A stretch of DNA of 63,710 nucleotides, the filler included, from Craspedostauros australis (lineage: Eukaryota), in assembly GCA_030167865.1 (NCBI GenBank). It is 19 parts of 19 records of this genome, joined end to end, with 100 filler letters (N's around TTAATTAATTAA, not from the genome) between each part and the next. Parts side by side here need not be neighbours in the genome. Positions count along the whole stretch, not along the records: positions 4,153 to 17,827 come from JALAGF010001450.1; positions 17,928 to 20,877 come from JALAGF010001451.1; positions 20,978 to 24,491 come from JALAGF010001452.1; 16 more parts are not named here. One strand, given 5' to 3'. The notes under the pieces were generated by a model. The model did no database searches, was not told where the DNA came from, and saw only the letters and a program-made list of their open reading frames with translations. Both the position numbers and the translations under genes were made by a program. Numbering within the stretch: the stretch's first letter is position 1; each line of letters begins with the position of its first letter. Shown in pieces: positions 10,804 through 21,631 of the stretch.

Positions 10804-13800
10804 TTACATGTTGTAACAGGCTTCAAATCCGTTGCACACGTCATTACCAGCCGCGATCCCATCCGAACTGCTTGCGCAGGCGCTGTCGCCAGTGCAACTG
10901 CCATTGCCAACGTCAAACGCGCTGTAGCACGCCTTGTCTCCAATACACGAGTCGTTTCCGACGTCATCTGCGAAGCACGCATATCTGCCAAGACACGACC
11001 TTGAGCCGATCGTGTTGCCTGCGTCCTTGGCTCGACAGGCATTCTCACCCAAGCAGCTTTGCGCTCCGATGCTACTGTCGCCTGAAAGAGAGCAGGAATT
11101 CGACCCCCCGCCACAGGATCCGCTGTTGATATAATTGCTGCCGGCAGTGATGATGCAAGCTTGTGTGTGGGTGCAAGCATTGGCCTTGATGACATTGTTT
11201 GCAGCGGCTGATTGGATGGAGCAGGCTTGGCGTGCGTTGCACGAGTATTGGAAGATCTTGTTGCTGGTGCCGGTAATGTCACAGGCATTGAAGGCACCGC
11301 AAGCATCATGGTCGATATAGTTGGAGTTGCCGTCAATATTGCAAGCAGAAGTTTCCTTGCAGGAGTTTGCGAGTAGCCGGTTGGAGTTTCCGGTGATATC
11401 ACAAGCTTTGCTTCCAATGCAAGATCCGTCATAGAGATTGTTGTAATCTCCTGCGATCGTACATGTCGTTGTATCGCCGTCAGAGGACGTTATATCAATG
11501 CAACTCCGCTCGACCGTGTTCGAGTTTCCATTGATGGTGCAAGCATTGTTGGTGTAGCATGCTCCGTTTCGCACATTGTTCTTGTCTCCAGCGATGTTGC
11601 ACGAGTTTTTGGAGCCGCACGCATGATCTCCAATGGAGTTGAGGCTACCGTAGATCACACAGGCATCTCGGTCGTTGCAAGAATTGCCAATCTTGTTGTC
11701 ATCGCCATTCACGGTGCATGCCTTGCTTCCTCGACATGCATCTTCCAACATATTGTTGTTGTTGCCGTTCACTCTGCAAGCCTCCGTGGCTTGACATGAT
11801 CTGGCGGAGAAGATGGTGTTGTTGCCGTTCACTCTGCAAGCCTCCGTGGCTTGGCATGATCTCGCCGAGAAGATGTTGTTGTCGCCCTCCACATAGCATG
11901 CCCTGATGCCTACACATGAATCGCTGCGGAAGATGTTGTTGCTGCCAGTGGTGCTGTTTCCAATTTTACAAGAAGCTTCAAGTGTGCAAGAATCCGACTC
12001 GAAGGTGTTGTTCGTCGAGGCTCCATACGTGAAGCACGCCTCTGGTGCGGTACAGGCATTATCTCCGACTGTCACATCTGAGGCAGGTGACTCAAAATAG
12101 CAGGCATATTCGCCAGTCACATTGGGCAGAGTGCAGGAACCCTCACCGACTGAGAATTGGGACACATCTTTCGCATAGCACGCATATTTGCCGAGGCATG
12201 AGACAGGCCCAATGGTGACGCCCGTGGCTCCACCAAAGTTGCATGCGCCATAGCCGTTGCAGCTTCCTGAACATATCTCCACGTCGCTGCCACTCCATTT
12301 GCACGCATCTGTCTCAGCAACCATTGTGCAGAAGCCCGTTCCGCCAGAGCAACAGCAGTCCAGGCCTCGATCTTGACAGAACATGATCGCGTCAGCTGCA
12401 GTGCCCGTGAAGCAGCTGGCGGTTGGTTCTTCGGAGGGGAAGACTGAAAGTGTTGGAGCGAAGGAAGGAAGGTCTGAAGGTGCGACGGACTCGGTTGGAG
12501 TCTGCGATGGCATATCGGACGGAGCGATGGATTCTGTCGGTGCCTGCGACGGCATATCAGACGGCGCGCTGGAGTCACTTGGGGCCTGCGAGGCTGTGGG
12601 GTTGGAAGACGGCGCGCTAGACTCGCTCGGCGCGCTGGACTCTGTCGGTGCCTGCGAGGGTAGATCCGAAGGTGCACTGGACTCTGTCGGTGCTTGGGAC
12701 GGCATATCCGACGGCGCACTGGACTCCGTTGGTGCCTGCGATGGCAAGTCTGATGGAGCCACGGAATCTGTCGGTGCTTGGGACGGCATATCCGACGGCG
12801 CACTGGACTCTGTTGGTGCCTGCGAAGGCATATCGGACGGTGCCACGGAATCAGTCGGCGCCTGAGATGGCGAATCTGATGGTGCGCTGGACTCTGTTGG
12901 CGCTTGGGATGGTAGGTCCGATGGAGCCACCGATTCTGTTGGTGCTTGGGATGGCAGATCAGAGGGTGCACTAGACTCTGTTGGTGACTGTGACGGCAAG
13001 TCTGATGGCACCACAGAATCTGTTGGTGCCTGTGATGGCAGATCAGACGGTGCACTGGACTCTGTTGGTGCTTGTGATGGCAGATCAGAGGGTGCACTGG
13101 ACTCAGTTGGCGCTTGGGAAGGCAGATCTGATGGTGCGTTGGAATCACTCGGTGCCTGGGAGGGCAGATCAGACGGTGCACTGGACTCCGTTGGTGTCTG
13201 TGACGGCATGTCTGAAGGCGCCACGGAATCAGTCGGCGCCTGCGATGGCAGATCGGAAGGCGCGCTGGAGTCGCTCGGAGGCGCTGATCCTGTCGGGGTG
13301 GACGACGGCGCGCTGGATTCACTCGGCGCGCTGGACTGTGTTGGTGCTTGAGAGGGCATGTCTGATGGTGCAACAGAATCGGTTGGTGCCTGAGATGGCA
13401 GATCCGATGGCGCACTGGACTCTGTTGGTGCTTGTGATGGCAAGTCCGATGGAGCCACGGACTCTGTTGGTGCTTGTGATGGCAGATCAGAGGGTGCGCT
13501 GGACTCTGTTGGTGCCTGGGAGGGCAAGTCTGATGGCGCCACCGACTCTGTTGGTGTTTGGGAGGGCAAGTCTGATGGTGCTACGGACTCCGTTAGTGTT
13601 TGGGAGGGCAGACCCGATGGTGCGACGGACTCCGTTGGTGCCTGCGATGGTAGATCCGATGGCGCCACCGACTCTGTTGGTGCTTGGGACGGCAAGTCCG
13701 ATGGTGCCACTGATTCAGTTGGTGCCTGGGACGGCAGATCCGAAGGCGCACTGGACTCTGTCGGGGTCTGTGAGGGCAGATCAGAGGGTGCCACGGACTC

Positions 13801-16800
13801 GGTTGGTGCTTGAGACGGCAGATCCGAAGGCGCGACAGACTCAGTCGGAGCCTGAGATGGCATGTCTGATGGTGCCACAGACTCTGTGGGGCTCTGTGAT
13901 GGCAGATCCGATGGTGCGACGGACTCCGTTGGTGCCTGCGACGGTAGATCCGATGGCGCCACGGACTCTGTCGGTGCCTGTGAGGGCAGATCCGAAGGTG
14001 CGACAGACTCCGTTGGTGCTTGCGACGGCATGTCGGAAGGTGCCACGGACTCGGTGGGAGTCTGGGAGGGCAGATCCGAAGGTGCCACTGACTCGGTTGG
14101 TGCTTGCGACGGCATGTCGGAAGGTGCCACGGACTCCGTCGGTGCCTGGGATGGCAGGTCCGAAGGTGCGCCAGACTCTGTCGGTGCTTGTGACGGCAGA
14201 TCCGATGGTGCAACGGACTCCGTTGGTGCCTGGGACGGAATATCAGAGGGAGCCACGGACTCAGTGGGAGTCTGCGAGGGCAGATCAGAAGGCATGATGG
14301 ATTCCGTTGGTGCTTGGGACGGCATGTCTGATGGCGCCACAGACTCGGTGGGAGTTTGGGACGGCATGTCGGACGGCGCGCTGGACTCTGTCGGTGCCTG
14401 GGATGGCAGATCAGACGGCGCCACTGATTCAGTCGGCGTCTGCGACGGCATGTCTGAGGGAGCCACGGATTCGGTGGGAGTTTGCGAGGGTAGATCCGAC
14501 GGTACAACGGACTCCGTTGGTGCCTGGGACGGAATATCAGACGGCGCCACGGATTCGGTTGGTGTCTGTGAGGGCAGATCAGAAGGCATGATGGATTCCG
14601 TTGGTGCTTGCGACGGCATGTCTGATGGCGCCACGGACTCGGTGGGAGTTTGGGACGGCATGTCGGACGGCGCGCTGGACTCTGTCGGTGCCTGAGATGG
14701 CAGATCAGACGGCGCCACTGATTCAGTCGGCGTCTGCGACGGCATGTCTGAGGGAGCCACGGACTCGGTGGGAGTCTGGGACGGCATGTCGGATGGCGCC
14801 ACAGACTCTGTCGGTGCCTGGGACGGCATATCAGACGGTGCTACAGACTCAGTGGGAGTCTGCGAGGGCAAGTCTGATGGTGCACTGGACTCCGTTGGAG
14901 CTTGAGATGGCAGATCGGAGGGAGCCACGGACTCTGTCGGAGTTTGGGACGGCATATCGGACGGCGCCACAGACTCTGTCGGTGCTTGTGACGGCAGATC
15001 CGACGGCGCGACAGACTCAGTCGGAGTCTGCGACGGCATGTCTGAGGGAGCCACGGATTCGGTGGGAGATTGCGAGGGTAGATCCGATGGTGCAACGGAC
15101 TCCGTTGGTGCCTGGGACGGCATATCAGAGGGAGCCACGGACTCAGTGGGAGTCTGCGAGGGCAGATCAGAAGGCATGATGGATTCCGTTGGTGTTTGGG
15201 ACGGCATGTCTGATGGCTCCACGGACTCGGTGGGAGTTTGGGACGGCATGTCGGACGGCGCGCTGGACTCTGTCGGTGCCTGGGATGGCAGATCCGATGG
15301 CGCCACTGATTTAGTCGGCATCTGCGACGGCATGTCTGATGGCGCCACAGACTCCGTCGGGGTCTGGGATGGCAAATCCGAAGGTGCGCTGGACTCCGTT
15401 GGTGCCTGGGACGGCATATCTGAGGGAGCCACGGACTCGGTGGGGGTCTGAGAGGGCAGATCTGATGGTGCACTGGACTCAGTTGGTGCTTGCGACGGCA
15501 TGTCTGATGGTGCCACGGACTCGGTGGGAGTCTGGGACGGCATGTCGGACGGCGCGATGGACTCTGTCGGCGCCTGGGATGGCAGATCAGACGGCGCGAC
15601 AGACTCAGTCGGAGTCTGCGACGGCATATCTGATGGCGCCACAGACTCCGTCGGGGTCTGGGATGGCAAATCCGAAGGTGCAACGGACTCCGTTGGTGCC
15701 TGGGACGGCATATCAGACGGTGCTACAGACTCAGTGGGAGTCTGCGAGGGCAAGTCCGATGGTGCACTGGACTCCGTTGGAGCTTGAGATGGCAGATCGG
15801 AGGGAGCCACGGACTCTGTCGGAGTTTGGGACGGCATATCGGACGGCGCCACGGACTCTGTCGGTGCTTGGGATGGCAGATCAGACGGCGCAATGGACTC
15901 AGTCGGAGTCTGCGACGGCATGTCTGAGGGAGCCACGGATTCTGTGGGAGTTTGCGAGGGTAGATCCGATGGTGCAACGGACTCCGTTGGTGCCTGGGAC
16001 GGCATATCAGAGGGAGCCACGGACTCAGTGGGGGTCTGAGAGGGCAGATCTGATGGTGCGCTGGAATCCGTTGGAGCTTGAGATGGCAGATCGGAGGGTG
16101 CACTGGAGTTGGTCGGGGTTTGAGATGGCAGATCGGAGGGTGCGCTGGAGTCAGTTGGAGACTGGGACGGAGTGGTGGACGGCGCAGCGGACTTCGTTGG
16201 AGTCTGAGAAGGCGTGGTGGAGGGCGCAGGGGACTTCGTTGGAGACTGGGACGGAGTGGTAGACGGCGCAGCGGACTTCGTTGGAGACTGAGAAGGCGTG
16301 GTGGAGGGCGCAGGGGACTTCGTTGGAGTCTGGGACGGGGTGGTGGAGGGCGCGGCGGACTTCGTTGGAGACTGAGATGGAGTGACGGATGGCGCAGCGG
16401 ACTTCGATGGAGACTGAGAAGGTGTGGTGGACGGCGCAGGGGACTTCGTTGGAGACTGGGACGGGGTGGCGGATGGTGCGGCGGACTTCGTTGGAGACTG
16501 GGACGGAGTGGTAGAGGGCGCAGCGGACTTCGTTGGGGCCTGGGACGGGAGACTGGAGGGCGCGGTTGTGCGTGTCGGGACTCCCGATGGTGCCTGGGAC
16601 GGTTTCGCGCTGTCGGTTGGGACGAACGAAGGCTCCGAGGAGGGAAAGACCACTGCGCCGGGATCTGCGGTTGGTGTTTCGCTCGGGGCCTCCGAGAACC
16701 CACCGCCCTCGCCGTCGGGGGTGCAGATAATTTTGGTGTAAGTCTCAATAGCGCCTCCCTTGATGGCCTTGCCGCTTGGGGTAAGCTGGAAGCGGGTCCT

Positions 16801-17580
16801 GACTTCTTCGAAGCAGGTGCCTGGAGGTAGTGTGGTGGGCCCCGTGCCGGGCGTGGTACCCTTGGGACCCTTGACTGGAAGGAATGTGAGGTTTCCGGTC
16901 TTACTTGCCTTTCCTGTCGCGTCGACAGTAGCTCCTGTTGGGGCGCTGGGGCTGGTGGGTCCTGTTGGCGTGGTCGGACTCGGGGGCAGGTGGATGTTGC
17001 GCCTCTGCTGGCGGTGCATCTGGTTGGCCATGGGGATTCCGTCCACCTGATGCCCCGAGAACCAGACCTTGCTGTTGAGCATGGGAGCGTGGTCGTGCAG
17101 CTGCTTGTCGATGTTGGGGGCATCATCCAAGATGTTGATGCCGCCGTGACCTCTCAGGTTGCCGACATCGCTGGTTGTGGCGACAGCAGCACCGTGAGAA
17201 GCGGACGGAACGGCTCCGAACTGGGTCACCTGGATCCTGCTGGCGACGGGGAGTTGGGACGCAGAATCCTTGCTGTCTTGCGCAAAGGCGTCCCACGCCT
17301 GCTTGGCTTGGGTGCCGTCGCTTCCGTCGCTCCCGTTGCTCTTGGCAGCCTCGTCGCGCTTGGAACCCTTCGATGCCGAGCCGTAGCCGAGGCCGCCGAA
17401 AACGATGGATTCGGCGAATGCTGCCTCCGTCGCTTCCTCGTTGTCGTTCTCATCCTTGCGCTTCTGCTGGTGGGCATGGTGTTTGCGCTGCTCCGGCTGG
17501 ACTTGCTGCGCCTTGGCTGTCGTCAGCACTGAGGCGGCGCCGAGCACCGTCGAGATGGCGACCTTGGAGATGATGGGCAT
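10804..17580 (-). CDS. Secreted mucin-like PTS-repeat glycoprotein with Cys/Asn-rich C-terminal repeats (~2258 aa), candidate cell-surface, frustule-associated or adhesive protein
   Basis: Uninterrupted 6.8-kb ORF. ATG 17580 gives signal peptide MPIISKVAISTVLGAASVLTTAKA, followed by ~95-100 14-aa PTESVAPSDLPSQA repeats and ~540 aa of SC-x4-AC-x-I-x-G-x-x-N repeats. No TM or GPI tail visible. Confidence 0.88.
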   Translation of the reverse strand: MPIISKVAISTVLGAASVLTTAKAQQVQPEQRKHHAHQQKRKDENDNEEATEAAFAESIVFGGLGYGSASKGSKRDEAAKSNGSDGSDGTQAKQAWDAFAQDSKDSASQLPVASRIQVTQFGAVPSASHGAAVATTSDVGNLRGHGGINILDDAPNIDKQLHDHAPMLNSKVWFSGHQVDGIPMANQMHRQQRRNIHLPPSPTTPTGPTSPSAPTGATVDATGKASKTGNLTFLPVKGPKGTTPGTGPTTLPPGTCFEEVRTRFQLTPSGKAIKGGAIETYTKIICTPDGEGGGFSEAPSETPTADPGAVVFPSSEPSFVPTDSAKPSQAPSGVPTRTTAPSSLPSQAPTKSAAPSTTPSQSPTKSAAPSATPSQSPTKSPAPSTTPSQSPSKSAAPSVTPSQSPTKSAAPSTTPSQTPTKSPAPSTTPSQSPTKSAAPSTTPSQSPTKSPAPSTTPSQTPTKSAAPSTTPSQSPTDSSAPSDLPSQTPTNSSAPSDLPSQAPTDSSAPSDLPSQTPTESVAPSDMPSQAPTESVAPSDLPSQTPTESVAPSDMPSQTPTESIAPSDLPSQAPTESVAPSDMPSQTPTESVAPSDLPSQAPTESSAPSDLPSQTPTESVAPSDMPSQAPTESVAPSDLPSQTPTESVAPSDMPSQTPTESVAPSDLPSQAPTESIAPSDMPSQTPTESVAPSDMPSQAPTESSAPSDLPSQTPTESVAPSDMPSQAPTESSAPSDLPSQTPTESVAPSDMPSQMPTKSVAPSDLPSQAPTESSAPSDMPSQTPTESVEPSDMPSQTPTESIMPSDLPSQTPTESVAPSDMPSQAPTESVAPSDLPSQSPTESVAPSDMPSQTPTESVAPSDLPSQAPTESVAPSDMPSQTPTESVAPSDLPSQAPTESSAPSDLPSQTPTESVAPSDMPSQAPTESVAPSDMPSQTPTESVAPSDMPSQTPTESVAPSDLPSQAPTESSAPSDMPSQTPTESVAPSDMPSQAPTESIMPSDLPSQTPTESVAPSDIPSQAPTESVVPSDLPSQTPTESVAPSDMPSQTPTESVAPSDLPSQAPTESSAPSDMPSQTPTESVAPSDMPSQAPTESIMPSDLPSQTPTESVAPSDIPSQAPTESVAPSDLPSQAPTESGAPSDLPSQAPTESVAPSDMPSQAPTESVAPSDLPSQTPTESVAPSDMPSQAPTESVAPSDLPSQAPTESVAPSDLPSQAPTESVAPSDLPSQSPTESVAPSDMPSQAPTESVAPSDLPSQAPTESVAPSDLPSQTPTESSAPSDLPSQAPTESVAPSDLPSQAPTESVAPSDLPSQAPTESVAPSGLPSQTLTESVAPSDLPSQTPTESVAPSDLPSQAPTESSAPSDLPSQAPTESVAPSDLPSQAPTESSAPSDLPSQAPTDSVAPSDMPSQAPTQSSAPSESSAPSSTPTGSAPPSDSSAPSDLPSQAPTDSVAPSDMPSQTPTESSAPSDLPSQAPSDSNAPSDLPSQAPTESSAPSDLPSQAPTESSAPSDLPSQAPTDSVVPSDLPSQSPTESSAPSDLPSQAPTESVAPSDLPSQAPTESSAPSDSPSQAPTDSVAPSDMPSQAPTESSAPSDMPSQAPTDSVAPSDLPSQAPTESSAPSDMPSQAPTESSAPSDLPSQAPTESSAPSESSAPSSNPTASQAPSDSSAPSDMPSQAPTESIAPSDMPSQTPTESVAPSDLPSFAPTLSVFPSEEPTASCFTGTAADAIMFCQDRGLDCCCSGGTGFCTMVAETDACKWSGSDVEICSGSCNGYGACNFGGATGVTIGPVSCLGKYACYAKDVSQFSVGEGSCTLPNVTGEYACYFESPASDVTVGDNACTAPEACFTYGASTNNTFESDSCTLEASCKIGNSTTGSNNIFRSDSCVGIRACYVEGDNNIFSARSCQATEACRVNGNNTIFSARSCQATEACRVNGNNNNMLEDACRGSKACTVNGDDNKIGNSCNDRDACVIYGSLNSIGDHACGSKNSCNIAGDKNNVRNGACYTNNACTINGNSNTVERSCIDITSSDGDTTTCTIAGDYNNLYDGSCIGSKACDITGNSNRLLANSCKETSACNIDGNSNYIDHDACGAFNACDITGTSNKIFQYSCNARQACSIQSAAANNVIKANACTHTQACIITAGSNYINSGSCGGGSNSCSLSGDSSIGAQSCLGENACRAKDAGNTIGSRSCLGRYACFADDVGNDSCIGDKACYSAFDVGNGSCTGDSACASSSDGIAAGNDVCNGFEACYNM
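12470..16560 (-). repeat. 42-bp coding minisatellite array with higher-order structure
   Basis: Clear 42-bp period. The variant ESIMPSD unit occurs at 14291, 14585 and 15173, spaced 294 and 588 bp (7 and 14 units). Confidence 0.95.
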
Positions 17581-17927
17581 CTTGGTGTTGCGTTTGCGGA
17601 GTTCAGATCGGAGAGGAGTGTGCTTGTGTATCGCAGAGTGCGTTTGTGCTCGCTGTGACAATCGTACTGGTTGCTGCTGGCTGCTGATACTGGTACTGAA
17701 AGTGATCGTCGTGGTTTTGTGATCCTTGTTGCGCGTTTGTCCCTTCTGCCTTTGGCTCTCAGCCTTCACTTACAACTTCACCTGCTTTTTGTTTGCGGTG
17801 GCGTGATGCACGCACTTTGTGAGTGGGNNNNNNNNNNNNNNNNNNNNNNNNNNNNNNNNNNNNNNNNNNNNTTAATTAATTAANNNNNNNNNNNNNNNNN
17901 NNNNNNNNNNNNNNNNNNNNNNNNNNN

Positions 17928-18621
17928 TAGTATGCTGTGATTCGTCAGAATTACAGCGGAAATGGAACACACGAAAATGAGCAAGATTTCTGGAGGAAAT
18001 TTGCAATCGACAATTTCTGAGAGAATTAGAACATCGTCCGTCCATCCATCAATGGTACCAAGAGAATCTCGAGGTACTTCCCAACTAAACCTCAGATGAC
18101 GATATCATCTGACAGACTCCTGCATCACCAATGGAACGTGACATCTGGAGAGCAGAAGAACGCTTACTGACATTGACAGATGTCATCATGTCACCACGTC
18201 GACATCTGTCTCCAAGTCAGAGCAGGAGGCGAAGATCCGATGACCGAAGGGCATCAGGATCATGGATACGGGAGATGAACTTCAAATGGTAAGTACTCAT
18301 GGAGTAGGAGCCAGTACTGAATGAACAGAGTGTTGAATGCGGAGTATGCATCGAACACAGAGTATCGTATAGCACGAAGCACACGATATTGAGAGAAAGA
18401 GAGAGAGAGAAAACAGAGAGGAGCAAGAGAGCATCTCGCGTACCAACTCATAGTCGGAGACCGAATCTATGAAACAGATTGAAGCACCAAGAGCATCGTG
18501 CAAGAGAACGGGCATACACCGAGAGGATTGGAGTAGCCAAGTAATGAAATAGCAAACAACCGACAATCAACCAACACCATCTTCCACGATCGTGGGTTAC
18601 CAATCACGGAACTTGCCAACA
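17928..18621 (+). mobile_element. LTR family B (5' end in gap), abutting a copia integrase
   Basis: Ends GGAACTTGCCAACA at 18621 and is followed directly by mid-integrase coding sequence. Confidence 0.85.
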
Positions 18622-20373
18622 GCTATGGCGCCAGGGGCGCTCACGGACTTCATCGTTCGCGTCGGCGCTCCGGATCTACTCGTGTCAGACAATTCTCAGG
18701 TGCAGTTGGGCAAGGCATGGAAGGCGGTGACCGATCGATACCTTATCAAGCATCAATTCACCGTGCCCATGAATCAGAACCAGAACCACGCTGAGCGGGC
18801 GATCGGCAATATGAAGCGGCATGCGTACCAGTTACTGTGGGCGGCATCGGTGCCACTCCCATTCTGGTGCTATGCTGTGCAGCACGCCATCGACGCTTGG
18901 AACTACACTGCGAAGGCCAGCCTCCAATGGAGGACGCCAATCGAGATCCTGCGCGGAAACACTCCTGACATCTCGATGTTTCGATTCACGTTCTTCCAGC
19001 CTGTATGGTTCTTCGAGCCAATGACAAAATTTCCCAAACATCCATTCAAGCCAGGGTACTTCCTTGGCATTTCATGGAACCACGGGGATCCATTCACCTA
19101 CCACATCTGGTCACCGCGAGGCGATGACGTCACGAAGGGGACCGCGCTTGTGCGCAACATCGTCAAGCCGCGTGTCGTCGAAGACGCAATTCCACCGTGC
19201 ATCACGGACGCGGAGATCAGTCGCATCGCTCAGCTGGATATCATCCATACCACTACGCGCGGCGAATCGGGAGAGCGTGCCAGAACCAAGACATTGCCGG
19301 CGGAGCTCGCTCGACAGGTCCGCGAGGCCATCAACGCGATTGCTGTGCAATCGGGGGCGACGGCAGGTCCGCCGGAGCCGGCGGCGCAGGAGGTCAGGGG
19401 CGTATCCGCTGACAACACGCCAGCAGGCACTGCTGACCGATGGTTTGGTCAACCCAATATCATACCCAACGACGGCGACAGGCCGGAACATAATGCACAC
19501 GGCGTCATCTTGGATGAAGACGGCGACACATCCACAGGTAACATCTCTGAGGAAACCGATGACTCCAAAGTCACGGCGATGCCAGATCCTCCGGAGCACC
19601 GCTCTCAGGGGCGTGAGTCCACTCTCGTGGAGCGAGAGCATGACGAGCTGTTCAGAAACCAGGTCGAAAACGCAAAATCTGAAGACTTGGCAATCAAATC
19701 AATCCTCAGCCACGCATTCCGAGACGGACATCTACACTTCAACGTGGAATGATCCAACACCGAGACGCAATGGTTTCGATATGACGTGATCCAAGCGGAT
19801 CATCCAGAAATGGTCGCAGGATACATCATTGACAACGAGCCACGACGCAACGGTCGACACAATCGACAATCACAAGTCCTACTCAAGTGGGCGAAACATG
19901 CACTGCGAGCCATCAGGCGCAGAATTCGCAGAATCGAGCAAACTCGAGCTTTCACAATGGATGAGAATGACAACATCATCATCACCCGACGAATCCGTCC
20001 AGGCAAGAAGAAGCCAAAACAAGACTACTTCGCCACTGTCTACCAATATGGTGTAGAGGTCCCACGCAACATGAAACATGCATTGCAACTGGATGAAGCC
20101 AATGGGGACCACCAATGGAGCGACGCAGCGAAGAAAGAGATCGACGCATTGATTGAACTCGACTGCTTCACATTCCACCCATCGACCTATCAACCACCAG
20201 CCGACTACCAGAGCACGAAACTCCGACTCATATTCGCGGTCAAGCAAGACCTGCGACGTAAGGGGCGCTTGGTAGCAGGCGGACATCTCATCGAGTTGGC
20301 GGATAACATCCGAGTCTACTCATCAACCGTCAAGTCGACAAGCGTCCGCATCCTCGATGCGATAGCAGATGCA
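18622..20373 (+). pseudogene. Ty1/copia (CoDi-like) pol fragment: integrase core, chromo-like domain, start of RT
   Basis: GAPDLLVSDN...QNQNHAERAIG integrase, then YGVEVPRN..AL.LD..NG..W and IFAVKQDLRRKGRLVAGGH (RVT_2-like). Integrase precedes RT. One in-frame TGA at 19750-19752. Cut by an LTR at 20374. Confidence 0.92.
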
Positions 20374-20877
20374 TGTTGGAAATCCGGGGTGGTGTGATAG
20401 TAGAGAACTAATCGTTTGTTAGAATCTACTTCTCTGAACTATGAGCTCTTCATTGCTCTCAATTGCAAAGTCCAATCTCCTCCTGAGATTGCCATGGGTC
20501 CCTCTGTTGGTCTAGCAGGCATCCATCTTGCATTCATCGCAAATTCATCATGGACATGCATGCACCACCGAGTACCCCATGTTCGTGCACATTAGCACGT
20601 TGTCCTCCGCTGATAGTTTCGATGCCTCATGTTGGAAATCCGGGGTAACCCAGTCTCTAGTAGTAGTATCTGATTACCTATTCCTGTTGTTGCATTGTTG
20701 GAACTGTGAGTACAACATCTCCATCTCTTTCAATTCCATTTGCCATAGCATACATAATCCACAGTAGCACACAGTCTTGCCCTTGCTCATGTGGTGCTGT
20801 CTCCTGCTTCATCATGTCATGCATCATGCACTTCATGTACATCTCATCTTGCAGTATCGATGCATCTCATCATTCAT
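20374..20877 (+). mobile_element. Two consecutive, probably nested family-A LTR 5' ends (20374 and 20630)
   Basis: TGTTGGAAATCCGGGG at both positions. The second is near-identical to the reverse complement of about 7550-7791. Confidence 0.85.
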
Positions 20878-21631
20878 NNNNNNNNNNNNNNNNNNNNNNN
20901 NNNNNNNNNNNNNNNNNNNNNTTAATTAATTAANNNNNNNNNNNNNNNNNNNNNNNNNNNNNNNNNNNNNNNNNNNNCAATGATGATGATGTTTGCGGAT
21001 TTATGGGCTTTTCTCCGAGAGCCAATTAACAGTTGGAATGGACAGGATAAGTCATCCACGGCCAGCACGCCCAACTGTGCATCTCGGGTTGTTGTTGTTC
21101 TTTGTGTGGGGAGAAGGGATGTTGTCTTTCGTAACGTGTTGTTCGTGGTCGGGTGTGAGATCATTGGAGTTGTGTTGACGGAAGACTGATAGAGGCTTCT
21201 GATTGGCCGCCAAGGATGGACGTGGCAACGAATTCATGACAAACCGGTGTTCATGTTTCCAAACGTTCGCACGAAGCTCACTTTCACCACACAACACCAC
21301 AACTTCGTGTGTTTTGCGAGTACTCGCCGCTCATGGCCTCACGTGTATTTCCTGTGTGCCGAACAAGACCAATGCTTGGGGATGGAAGTGTGGCTGAGGC
21401 TGCTCCAGGGCGTTGTGTCCTCTGCACTCGCATGTATTCCGCCATGACTGAAACCTGTATGACAGATTGCGGAGGTTGTCGCTCTTGGGTCGGCAAGCTG
21501 GCACCTTCTTCATCCTCTCTGTGGTGTCTGTGGGAAGCAAAGCAACACAAAGCGGATCAACCTTCCTCTCACAAAATACAAATCCATCCACCCCACAAAC
21601 CACAACAACAACAACAATAACAGCAACCACA

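Noticed and set aside
12117..17126. Many overlapping alternative-frame and antisense ORFs, and a CRISPR-like look
   Set aside because: Shadows of the 42-bp coding repeat. There are no unique spacers or cas genes.
17581..17769. 63-aa N-terminal extension of the mucin in the ORF track
   Set aside because: Starts at a non-ATG codon. ATG 17580 gives a clean signal peptide.
18626..18640. TGGCGCC as a primer-binding site after LTR B
   Set aside because: It lies in mid-integrase coding sequence with no gag, so the LTR is better read as an insertion.
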